DNA of 64,000 bases from Eledone cirrhosa (lineage: Eukaryota), in assembly GCA_964016885.1 (NCBI GenBank), contig OZ024745.1, forward strand, positions 44,578,001-44,642,000, read 5' to 3'. Shown here piece after piece: positions 25,804-36,575 of this stretch; within the stretch, counting starts at the first letter, position 1; every line of letters starts with the position of its first letter. The position numbers and the translations under genes are program-made. The notes under the pieces were generated by a model. That model was not told where the DNA came from. It did not search any database and saw only the letters and a list, made by a program, of their open reading frames with translations.

Positions 25804-28800
25804 CAGTGTGTGGTGTGTGAGTCTGTGTCTGGGGAATGTGGTGGTGGTGGTGTGTGTGTGTATATGTGGTGGTGGTTGTGTGTTTGTCTGTGGTTTGTGT
25901 GTGGTGATTGTGGCGTAATCTGTATGTTTGTCTGTTTGTGATGTGTATATGAGTGAGTTTGTTATTCATGAGGCCCTGGCTTATTAAAATCATTTAGAAC
26001 AGTAGCAAAACAAATCAGTGCAGTTGCATTGCACCAGATGTTAGCTTTGTGCTTGTTTCAGTCAAGATGTCAAACAGATGTTAAGTTTGTGTTTGTTTCA
26101 GCTAAGATGTCAAACAAGTACATTTCCTCTGGATTGTTTATATATGCACCCAGTACACTCTGAAAGTGGAAATGATGATGGTTACATTATAATTCAATAA
26201 ACAGATATTTCCAATGGTAAAAAAAAACGCTGGAATACTGCTGAAAAAGAAGATCCATTCAGGTATATAATCAAGGGTTTGTAGTGAGGGAAGAACATAT
26301 GACATATCCTTCGTTTCTAAGATTTGAGAGAAATTTTGGCTGCTATTTCTAGCAGGTCGAGCGACTGTGTAGAAATTCTCTCATGTAAAGATACTAGATG
26401 TTTACAGGGTACAATTACTTGATAATAAAGCTGAATGGCAGAAATTATCAGAAGAAAGAACTACATTTATAATGAAATACATTTATAATGAAATACATTT
26501 ATAATGTTCAGACTATTAAACTTATCTTTAAATATGAAAATTGTTTTCATATTTATATCTATAATATTGAGGCTGATAGCCTGAAAAATTCTAACTCATT
26601 ATTATCATCATCATGTTTAAATGTCCATTTTCCATGCTTGCAATGTCTAAATGGGCTCTCACATATTGAGACTAGACAGGTCAGGTGATTACAATTTGCT
26701 CGTATGCTGCATTTTTGGCTTGGATTTACAATTGGAAGCCCTTCCTAATGCCAACCATTTTACAACATATACTGGGAGCAATTTTATCATGACTCCAGCA
26801 CTACCACTTTACAGGGCGGATTGAGTGTTTTGTTATAGCACCAACCCCCACTATCTTACAGGGTGGACTGAGTGTTTTGTCATGGTACCAGCACTACCAC
26901 TTTACAGGGTGGACTGAGTGCTTTTGTTGTGGCTCCAGCATGTTCACCTTACAGTATGGACTGAGCGCTTTTGTCATGACACCAGCACTAACACCTTACA
27001 GTACAGACAGTGCTTTTATCTGGCACCAGTATTACCACCTTACAGGGTGGACAGGGTGATTTTGTTGTGGCACCAGCACTACCACCTCACAGGGTGGACT
27101 GAGTGCTTTTATCATGGCACCAGCACTACCACCTTACAGAGTGGACAGAGTGCTTTTGTTGTGGCACCAGCACCACTTCATTACAACACTAGGATGCTCA
27201 GTGTGTCAGATTATGGAGGCATTCATGAGAGTTGAGGAGGATATAAAACATGAGACAGGTGCAGACTATATGCTGCTTGCTGGGAAAGGGTAGGGTAGGA
27301 GGGAGAACATCCCTACTGCTTGTATAAATAATAACTTATATATATTTAGACATTTAATCAACTAGGTATAATGTTTAATGCTCTAAATATACTATATATA
27401 ACAAAACATTCAGGACACCTTATATCATGAATAAAACCAAGTTTTTTTCACACAGATTCTAAGATATCACTTACCGTTTAGTAAATTCCCCAGCTTCAGC
27501 ATGTCTTAGACCAGGAACTTTGCCCAATGCCGACAGTAATGCCTGGATTACTGCAGGTCCTCCATGAATGTGAAATTCTGCAGAGTCTTCTCCCGTAAAA
27601 CTTTTTGGTTCTAATTTCACAAAATAATTGATATTTAATAATTAATATCTAATTTTAAATAGTAAAATAAATATATTATAATATTCTATAAATATTATAT
27701 TATAAGATGGACCAGGTCATGAAAGTAATGGAAAGAGTTATAGCACAGTTGATTAGGGACCGGGTGAAACTAGATGAGATGCAATTTGGGTTTGTACCAG
27801 GAAAAGGCACCACTGATGCCCTCTTCCTTGTGAGGCAGTTACAGAAAAAGTACCTAGCTAAAAGTAAGCCACTCTACCTGACATTCGTTGATCTGGAAAA
27901 AGCATTCGACAGAAGCCCCTATGCTATAATCTGGTGGGTTCTTAGAAAATTAGGAGTAGATGAATAGCTTGTGAAAGCTGTACAAGCCATGTATAGAGGA
28001 GCAGTCAGCAAAGTTAGAGTTAGCAATCTGTCCTTAGCACTCTCCTGTTCATTATAGTTTTGCAGGCAATAACGGAGGAGTTTAAGACCGGATGCCCATG
28101 GGAACTCCTATATGAGGATGATCTTGCACTTATAGCTGAATCCATGGTGGAACTATAGAAGAAATTCCAAACATGGAAGCAAGGACTAGAAAGAAAGGGT
28201 CTCAAAGTCAACCTGACAAAGACTAAGGTCCTTGTAAGTAGACGAGAAAACAGAACCCAGATCCCCTCAGGGAAATGGCCTTACTCAGTATGTAGGAAAG
28301 GTGTAGGTAGGAACTCCATTCTCTGTCCCAAATGCAAACAATGGGTACACAAGAGATGTAGTGGGATCTCAGGAAGTTTAACTAAGAACGTAGGCTTCAT
28401 ATGTAGCAGCTGCGCTGTGATAGCAAGCAGCAAACAACCACAGGAAACAAGCACCACCAAACTCTGGGAGGGCTCTGTAGAAACAGTGACAGCTTCTGCT
28501 ACCTAGGTGACCGAATTAGCAGTGGAGGTGGGTGTTCGGAAAGTACAATAACTAGGATAAGAACGGGATGGAAGAAGTTCAGGGAGCTACTGCAACTGTT
28601 AGCTGCAAAAGGCTTTTCCCTCAAAATGAAAGGCAGACTGTATGATGCGTGTATACGAACAGCAATGTTACATGGAAGGGAAACCTGGACGCTATCTGTA
28701 GAAGACTTGCGCAGATTCGAAAGAAACGAAGCTTGCATGCTCCAATGGATGTGTAATAGTAATATACGTGAACGGCAAAGTATAAACGAATTGAGAGAGA

Positions 28801-31800
28801 CTGAGCATAAGAGGAATCAAATGCTGTGTGCAGGAGAGGAGGTTACGTTGGTATGGACATGTGATGCGTATGAAGGATGACAGCTGCATAAAAAGGTATG
28901 AGGTTATAAAGGCCGACCTTACCCAATTGCACCTCTCAAGAGCAATGACACACGACCGTGACCTCTGGCGTCACGTCACGCAGTAATATAGAAGACCCCC
29001 CCCCCCCCCAGGAACAAGCCAAAGCTGTAGCATATAGACAAAGGGGCTTAAAAGACATGTTCCAGCCACCTATGTATGAGAAAAAGGTCTAGAGATGGCA
29101 ATTTCCGAAGCCGAGATGCAACCAATGTGTGTGTGTATAGAGTTCTATAGCTAGTCAGAAAGCATTATCAGAAAAGTGACAGATTAAAAGAAATCATTAA
29201 AAGAATGCGAATGCTTTAGATCGATGATTTTCTATACTAGTGTAGTGACCTACATTCCGCGGGCTCACATACATTCTCTGTGCGTGATTTGGCTCAGTTC
29301 AGCCAATCAGCGCCAGTAGAAGAGGATGTATCCCTACGCGCCCTGAGGAAGAAATTCCCCGCAAAGATTTGAAGAATCTCTCTTTTGTACCAGGAACTTC
29401 GAACCAGCAACAAGCATAATGTAACGGTGAGATTTTGCACCCCTAGCCTCGCCGGCTTAACGGCGCAATGGCACATTCCCTTTTGTAACCTCTTTTTATA
29501 TGTAACTTCAACCATATAAGTTAACAAACATTGTTTGTACTACATCAAAAATAAACATACATTTCATCTCTAATTTCTGCTGTTGAAATCATTATTATGT
29601 TGCTCGTGTCTCAATAACATCTATAATCCATGCTGCTGGAATTGGCGACCTGACGAAAGGAATATTGTAAATACAAAGATGGTAAATAGATCGAGGGACC
29701 TGCCCTCACGTCTATATCGATATTTAATCCAACAAGGATTCATCACTTTACCACACTGGACTTTGCCACACTAACGACCTTTCATTCTACTACCCTGTTA
29801 AAGTGGCGACCACGACTAACCATCCTGCTAAAGTGGTGACCGACGTAAGAATTTAACGCAGCCTTCTTTTTTATTCAGTTGAACTTTTATTGCCGCGTTG
29901 CCGGCCTTTTCGCAACTTGCGAAAATACAAAATATTCCTTTTAAGATTTTTGAAAGATTAGCAGTATTTCAAAAACTTTTCGCCACGAGGAAATTTCAAA
30001 ATGGCTACCGACAGGTCCTGGCTACACTCGACAACAACAACGACAGCAGCAGCAGCGACAGCATTGTTTAACCACTGACCAACGACAGGGAATAGTGAGA
30101 TGGCAGCTTCATGGCCTTACCAACGCAAACCACCACACATCGGAAATTTCAAAACGGTTTGTAACTTTACCGACGCAACCACCATACCTTCTGTCTCGTT
30201 ACCACAGGGACTCGAGAAATTGAGACAGTAGTTTTCTCACCATTATGGCGTCAGACGTGGCTGCCATATTGGACTCTGGGTTCTTCAGCGCTTGACTGCT
30301 ACTCTACAGAAGATTCATTGACTTTGCTTTAACAACAAGCAACACAACCTTATGTCACACAAGGTGGCAGGACGGTAAAATGGCCACGGAAACTCTCAAA
30401 AACACCATAGATCTAACCCCTAACGGCATTAACAAGCTTCTTTTTCAGCTTTCAGATAGAACTAGTGTCAGAAATCTGTACACTGGTGATGTGTGAACTA
30501 TTTGACTTTGAAAAACTTTGAACTTATTGAGCAATTTCTCTGCTCCCTTAGATTGACTTTGAATTATCAGTTTGTTACATCCACATATTTCTTTGTAGAA
30601 TGCATTTGCTTGTTTTGTGCTCTTTTGCTATTTGCTTGCTCATGGTTTTTGTTCATTCACATGCTTTGCTGTTTTACATGCCTGCATATGCACACATTTT
30701 TTTTGTCACACACCAACATGTTCTTGGTATATGTTCTTCAAACGTAATATTCTGCGAGTCCCTTTTCACCTGGTTGAGGTGCTGTCACATGCTAGCAGCT
30801 CATTGAGCTTAATCCACTGGATTCAAACAGGCACCGCAACACGAGAATACTAATTGCAGCTGAACTCAAACAGTTTTGCATCTCGTTGCACACTGATCGT
30901 CCATGACGGCCTTCGTCTTGCTGTTTTTGCCCGACTCGCTGGGAAAACAGCAAATAGAACTAGACTTGTCAGCATTTCGGCCACTTCTGTGGATTCGCCC
31001 GAATTATGGAATTTACACTGCAACCCACCTACAGATTAAACTTGCTTTTTTTCTTTTCAAAGCAACCAGCCATTTTTTCCTGGCTCCCTAGCACATTTGG
31101 CAATACATCTGGGAGGCCAGCATTTTCTCGCCTACCCATCATCTTCTTGCCAGCACTGGTAAACTACCATAATAGCTTCGTCCACAGCTACTGGTACAGC
31201 ACTTACCATTAACATTAAATGCAAGAACAGCAACTTCGCCCATGTCAGACTTTATCCGTTTTTGTTAGACCTTTACTGGTCACGTATAAACAACAAAACA
31301 GCTGGTCATTTGACACAGCGGCTCAACACGGCCCGTAGCGCCTCATTTTTTTTCTTGCATGCAGCCTTCTGCTCAATTATTTTTTCACTGATGTGCTCTT
31401 TCAGCATTTGTTCTTGCTGATTCAATAATCTGTATCGACTTCCTTGTGGGTCCTTGGCTTCTTCGTTTACGATTTTTGGCTAAAAATCTGCTCGGAGGTA
31501 TTGTAGTGACCTACATTCCGCGGACTCACATACATTCTCTGTGCGTGATTTGGCTCAGTTCAGCCAATCAGCGCCAGTAGAAGAGGATGTATCCCTACGC
31601 GCCCTGAGGAAGAAATTCCCCGCGAAGATTTGAAGAATCTCTCTTTTGTACCAGGAACTTCGAACCAGCAACAAGCATAATGTAACGGTGAGATTTTGCA
31701 CCCTAGCCTCACCGGCTTTCAGGCGCAATGGCACATTCCCTTTTGTAACCTCTTTTTATATGTAACTTCAACCATATAAGTTAACAAACATTGTTTGTAC

Positions 31801-33497
31801 TACATCAAAAATAAACATACATTTCATCTCTAATTTCTGCTGTTGAAATCATTATTATGTTGCTCGTGTCTCAATAACATCTATAATCCATGCTGCTGGA
31901 ATTGACGACCTGACGAAAGGAATATTGTAAATACAAAGATGGTAAATAGATCGAGGGACCTGCCCTCACGTCTATATCGATATTTAATCCAACGAGGATT
32001 CATCACTTTACCACACTGGACTTTGCCACACTAACGACCTTTCATTCTACTACCCTGTTAAAGTGGCGACCACGACTAACCATCCTGCTAAACTAGCATA
32101 ACTTTTTTTTTTAATTTGTAACTGGAGCAACACGAATCCATTTAGAGTTTAAATAATTGTTTCTACTTTAGGCACAAGGCCAGCAAATACCCAGTGCATT
32201 ACTGGTACTTTATTTTATCGACCTCGTAAGGATGAAAGGCAAAGTTAACCTCGGCGGGATTTGAACTCAGAATGGCAAGGGCCGTAACTCTATGCGTCAA
32301 AGCATGGCGTCCGACCCTTTATCGATACTGCCAAAAAATTAAAATCAGTGTACGGTGCTCAGGTGCACTACAACTCATCAAAGATGCTTGTATAGTACAT
32401 AGAATAATGTACAGATGTCAGGAAAGTGAACAGTGTATGAGTCATGATATACACACAGATAGATGAGTGCATGTGTATGGAGGGGGAATACCAGGTGTAG
32501 TGTGAGCGAATTTCGGGAAGCATGGAAGTTTTGAAGGATGCAGTGTCCCAACAGCTAACAACCAATGCAGGTAGTTTGTTCCATGCTTCAGCAACTCTGA
32601 GCGTGAAAAAAGTATTTTCGTGTATTTTCATAGGAAAACGATTTAATCTAGACACAGGGTACGATAATATTTCGGCTGAAGCTGCTTTAATGATCACTAA
32701 GTAGGACCCTCGCCGTTTTTTGTTTGGTCACCATCCAGTGTCTTTACTAGAGCGCATTACATGGCCCACATGACAACTGCTGCACAGTCAGGAATAGCAG
32801 CCAGTTTTTTTCTCAAATCTTAGAAAAGAAGGACACTTTGAATATGGTACTGTCTTCGTTATACCTAGGACAGTTTACCGAATTTCACTCACAAGGATTT
32901 CGTCGGCACGGGTCTGCTATAGAAGACACTTGCCCAAGGTCAAACACAGAACCACGCAATTGTAAAGATAACATCTTAACCACATAGCCATCTCTTCTTG
33001 GTTCTGTCGCCAAATATACCTCAAACCACACCAACGAATTTATACTAGCGCCAGTATATTCATCGTTCGCTAAGATGATAAGTAAATGAACACAAGGAAA
33101 TTATAAAATGTCAACAATACCACTCACTTGGAAACCAAAGAAGAATTCCACGATCGATAGGAGAGCGTGTTTCGGGGTCATGAAGTTTGGTAATAGAGGC
33201 ACGTCTCGGCGAAGGTAATTTATCTCTATGGTATTGGGAAAGAAGTCGTACTGCTAGTTCTGTGTTAGGTCCTGAAACTCTAACCACGGCAATCGCACAC
33301 TTGCTGGCTCCCGAAGAGAGTGAAAATATAGTTGTATCTCTTTGTTTAGATGCATAATTGCCATCTTGTGTTGAAACATTGTTATTAAAGTAATAAACAC
33401 TCTGATGTAATAGCCTTACATTTCTCCAAGAAAAATTAAGTGAAGAAGCTATTTTAAATCGACATATGAGAGAGCTGTATAACTTCTTTAATAACAT
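15089..33497 (-). CDS. GTPBP3: tRNA modification GTPase GTPBP3/MnmE/TrmE, mitochondrial; join of 33128-33497, 27475-27610, 24971-25124, 23750-23822, 22638-22781, 21391-21556, 17036-17413, 15089-15320 (1653 nt, 550 aa)
   Basis: Hand-spliced ORF with all GT-AG introns in compatible phase. Motifs: [66 protein letters not shown]1 GETNVGKS, G2 IAGTTRD, G3 DTAG, G4 NKSD, C-terminal FCIGK. Confidence 0.97.
16087..16382. mobile_element. hAT-type MITE
   Basis: 14-bp TIR CAGTGGCGAAGGGT / ACCCTTCGCCCCTG (1 mismatch); 8-bp TSD ATACACCG / ATATACCG. Confidence 0.8.
16388..16967. mobile_element. Non-autonomous pogo/Tigger-like DNA transposon
   Basis: TA|CCGTGTTTCC..ATTATAAGCCA ... TGGCTTATAAT..GGAAACACGG|TA; subterminal GGCTTAT repeats. 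Confidence 0.85.
16968..17021. repeat. (TA)n microsatellite
   Basis: Pure TA run between the pogo-like end and the exon 7 donor. Confidence 0.95.
17036..17413 (-). CDS. GTPBP3: GTPBP3 coding exon 7 (G4, G5)
   Basis: cag|[14 protein letters not shown]...VVFNKSDLL...[23 protein letters not shown]|gtaaa. Confidence 0.93.
17999..18251. repeat. Foldback element, ~95-bp imperfect inverted arms
   Basis: ..TACATTTCAGAGGTGTTAGACAATAG pairs with CTATTGTTTAACACCTCTGAAATGTA..; pairing extends to TATGTTGACAAATATGAA / TTCATATTTATTAACATA. Confidence 0.8.
19822..20264 (+). mobile_element. Solo LTR (Gypsy-like)
   Basis: Begins TGTAG and ends CCCTGTTATA; 4-bp TSD GACT; TATA-like CCTATAAAG at ~19905 and AATAAA at ~20229; interrupts a SINE head. 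Confidence 0.75.
20736..21143. repeat. Minisatellite, 8 x 51 bp, within a SINE
   Basis: CATAGCACCTTGAGCAAGTCTCCTCTATCATAACCATAGTAGACCAAAGAC repeated 8 times. Confidence 0.93.
21391..21556 (-). CDS. GTPBP3: GTPBP3 coding exon 6 (G2, G3)
   Basis: cag|[54 protein letters not shown]|gtttg. Confidence 0.95.
22170..22603 (-). mobile_element. RTE LINE 3' fragment
   Basis: [37 protein letters not shown]. Confidence 0.85.
22638..22781 (-). CDS. GTPBP3: GTPBP3 coding exon 5 (G1/P-loop)
   Basis: cag|[48 protein letters not shown]|gtgag. Confidence 0.95.
23750..23822 (-). CDS. GTPBP3: GTPBP3 coding exon 4
   Basis: tag|[24 protein letters not shown]|gtaag. Confidence 0.95.
24971..25124 (-). CDS. GTPBP3: GTPBP3 coding exon 3
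   Basis: cag|[51 protein letters not shown]|gtaag. Confidence 0.95.
25360..25950. repeat. (GGT/GAT)n and (GT)n low-complexity and microsatellite block
   Basis: Simple repeats; pure (GT)n at ~25742-25802. Confidence 0.9.
26770..27190 (-). repeat. SINE-internal tandem array, ~46-bp unit
   Basis: Units of GGCACCAGCACTACCACCTTACAGGGTGGACTGAGTGCTTTT; a related array lies on the opposite strand at ~23985-24150. Confidence 0.8.
27475..27610 (-). CDS. GTPBP3: GTPBP3 coding exon 2
   Basis: tag|..[45 protein letters not shown]|gtaag. Confidence 0.95.
27706..28990 (+). mobile_element. RTE-clade LINE, 5'-truncated, decayed RT domain
   Basis: [50 protein letters not shown]; stops and frameshifts. Confidence 0.92.
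29241..29832 (+). repeat. 5' LTR
   Basis: TGTAGTGACC...CATCCTGCTAAA, direct repeat of 31502-32092. Confidence 0.92.
31502..32092 (+). repeat. 3' LTR
   Basis: TGTAGTGACC...CATCCTGCTAAA followed by the TSD CTAG. Confidence 0.92.
32345..32625 (-). mobile_element. CR1-clade LINE 3' end
   Basis: [18 protein letters not shown]...ASFK, a typical CR1 ORF2 C-terminus. Confidence 0.75.
33128..33497 (-). CDS. GTPBP3: GTPBP3 coding exon 1 (mitochondrial presequence-like N-terminus plus start of the N-terminal domain)
   Basis: MLLKKLYSS...[24 protein letters not shown]...[10 protein letters not shown]; donor GTGAGT at 33127; phase 1. Confidence 0.93.
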
Positions 33498-34179
33498 GGT
33501 TTGTTATTGTGACTTACCTCCCTTGCTACATATAATTTATCTCCACTTAGCAGAATAATTTTTTTTTTTAAATGTCTGAAGCCCAGAGGTAGTTAAAATA
33601 AAGTACCAGTAATGCACTGAAATTGATTTAATCGATCCCCCCCCCCCCCAAAAAAAAAATTGCAGGCCTTGTGCTTATAGTATAAACAATTATTGATTAC
33701 CAGGTGGAAAACTTAACATTGGTTCAACCTGAACAAAAATTATCAATTTCACTGAAGTATCAATACATTACAGAATTTTTCCATATTATAACTAGTTGTT
33801 CAATAGAGCCATACAATTCATCATCGTCATCATCGTTTTACGCCTGCTTTCCATGTTGGCATGCGTTGGAATGATCTGAGATCATGTGTTGGAATAAACT
33901 TATCTCGTTTATAAGTTCCATATTTGTCATGGTTTCTACGGCTGCATGCCTTTCCCAACATCAACCACTTTACAGGATGTATTGGATACATTTTTTTCAT
34001 GGGACCAACTCTATCACTTTACAGAGGGAACTAGGTGCATTTTATCGTAGAACCTGCACTATCACTTTACAGGGTGGACTGGATGCTTTTTATTATGACA
34101 TTACTCACTAACCAACTATACAAATACACACACATAATATATATACACACACAAACACACGCACATATATATATATATA

Positions 34180-36575
34180 TATCATCATCATCATCATCTT
34201 ACGGCTGCTTTTGCCTGCTTGCAAGAGTGAGACAGGTTCTATTCAGCACAGTATCTCTCCACTTGTCATGGTCCTTCGTCATCTCCTCCGTGAGCTTCAG
34301 CGATCTGAGGTCTGCTCTCACCACCTCTGCCCATGTTTTTCGTGGTCTTCCTCTACTGCGTCTTACTTCTACTGGCATTTCTTGGCACTTCTTTAACAAG
34401 CGGTCATCCTCCATGCGCATCACATGTCCATACCATCACAGTCTTCTCTACTGCACACTACAACTTATCCCTCTTATACACAGTTTCTCTCTCATCTCAT
34501 CCATACTTGGTCGTTCACGTACATTGACATTACACATCCAACGGAGCATGCTTGCTTCATTTCTCTACAGCCGTCGCATATCCTCTGCAGTTGCTGCCCA
34601 TGTCTCACTGCCATGCAACATTGCGCATCTCACACAGGCATCATATAACCGGTCTTTCGTATGCAGGGAGAAACCCTTCTTTGTCAGTAGAGGAAGCAGC
34701 TCCCTAAACTTCTTCCAACCCGTCTTTATTCTAGATACTATGGCCTCGGGGTACTCTATCAAAGGCCTTCTCTAGGTCAACAAAAGCTAAGTATAGTGGC
34801 TTATTTTTCTCTAAGAACCTCTCTTGTAGTTGTCTCACTAAGACGAGGGCATCTGTTGTACTTTTCCCAGGCACAAAACCAAACTGCATCTCATCTGATT
34901 TGACCCTTTCTCTAATTAGTTGCGCTAATATCCTTTATGCCACTTTCATAACTTGATCCATCAGTTTTATGCCTCTATAATTACTCCTCTCCAGAGCATC
35001 CCCTTTACCTTTGTAGCAATTTATGAGAATACTGTTGCATCAGTCTTTGGGTATGACTCCGCCATATATAGCTTAATTGACGATGCGTGCAACCAGTTTA
35101 GTACCTACTTCTCCTGATGCCTTCAGCATCTCTGCAGCTATCTCCGACGGTCCAGCTACCTAACTAATTTTCATTTCCTTAATTGCCTCTTGGACCCTAT
35201 ATTCGTCAATCTCAATAGCTGGTCCCTCTGTCGGATCTACTGAGGGTAATTTCTCTCTCTCCCATTCGTTCTCCACATCAGCCTCTCATAATAACATTTC
35301 CAGGCCTCCTTTTTCTGATCATTAGTGACACTAAGTACACCAGCATCATTCTGGACACATTTATCTCTAACAACATCCTGATTTACACTGACACACTGGT
35401 TTGCAATGCGGAACACCGCACATCTCTGATCTTCCCATCGCAGGACATTGGCAAACTTCCTACTCTCAGCCTCCATGCGTGCTTAGTACACCTGACATCT
35501 AGCTTCTCTCTTAGTGGCTGTGTATCGGTCTCTACTCCCACCATTTTTCCAAGCATTCCATGCTAGTCTTTTGTCTCTAATGGCCCTATCTACCAAGTTG
35601 TTCCACCACTCTCTGTCTGGTCGGAGATCTGCCCCAGCCATAAATTTCTGCAGTAGCCTGCAGTAAGCTGTCACAAGAAATTCCAGTTATCATCTATGTC
35701 ATACAATTCTAAAACGTCTTCTTTCTCGTCATACACATCTTGAAGGGCTTTCCTAAATTTATATTTTAGTGAAAGGTCTTTTAGACCTTCCTTTCCCACA
35801 CCTGACTGTATGTCTCATTTTGTCTCTTGCTTATTGAGATGTCACTAACCTATGCTCTGGTGTACATTCTTCCCCGAGGTATGCCTTAGTATTTGACATC
35901 ATCTGTCTGTCTCGCTGCCTAACTAGCAAGAAGTCAATCTGGCTTATGTGCTTACCGGATTTGTAGGTTTCTTGAAGTTAGTGTTACAAATGGTTAGTGC
36001 ACTTGCATCACAAAATTCAAGAAGCCTCACTCCTTCATTTCTTGAGCCATAACCGTGCCCACCATGTACCCAAGTGCATCCATCTTGCAGCTGTCCAACA
36101 TGACCATTGAAGTCCCCTGCTAGCATAACGATGTCGCTCTCCTCTGTCATTGTGGCTGTTTCTAAAAGTTGCTCGTAAAAGCAGTCTTTCTCTTCTTTAC
36201 CTGGGGAGCATAGGAAGAGATGATTGTCAGCAGTCTCTTGCTAATCTAATCTTAATTATTCTATTACTGACTCTAACTACCTCTATTGTCTTATCGATCC
36301 ATCTCTCAGCCAGTAAAATGCCCACCCCACCTAACCCATCATCATTACCTACCCAGAAAAGCTTATAAATAAGATGTTTGCCTGCAATTAGTCTTGCAGA
36401 GGCACCTCTCCATCTCACCTCTTGCACACAGCACACATCCACATGTCTTCTCTCTAGCATCTCCACTATCTCACCAGATCTGCCTGTTAGAGTGCCAACA
36501 TTAAGTGTGGCAACTCTGAGATTTGACGTCTTCATATTATTATTGTTGTTGCGGTCGGGGGGTTCTCGCACATGG
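34180..36575 (-). mobile_element. RTE-clade LINE, near full length but internally deleted and frameshifted (APE + RT)
   Basis: LRVATLNVGTL..DVCCVQEVRW..GVGILL..LAGDFNGHVG (AP endonuclease); [11 protein letters not shown]; MLHGSETW; GRPRKTW; (TGA)n tail. Confidence 0.93.

Larger units (their letters stand above)
29241..32092 (+). mobile_element. Non-autonomous LTR retrotransposon (Gypsy, probably CsRn1/Kabuki-like) in GTPBP3 intron 1
   Basis: LTRs at 29241-29832 and 31502-32092 with about 9 differences by eye; TSD CTAG (or ACTAG); tRNA-Trp-like PBS TGGTGACCGACGT at 29834; the 1.67-kb interior has no pol ORF. Confidence 0.9.

Noticed and set aside
34035-34775. 246-aa plus-strand ORF
   Set aside because: Antisense frame of an RTE LINE plus microsatellite.
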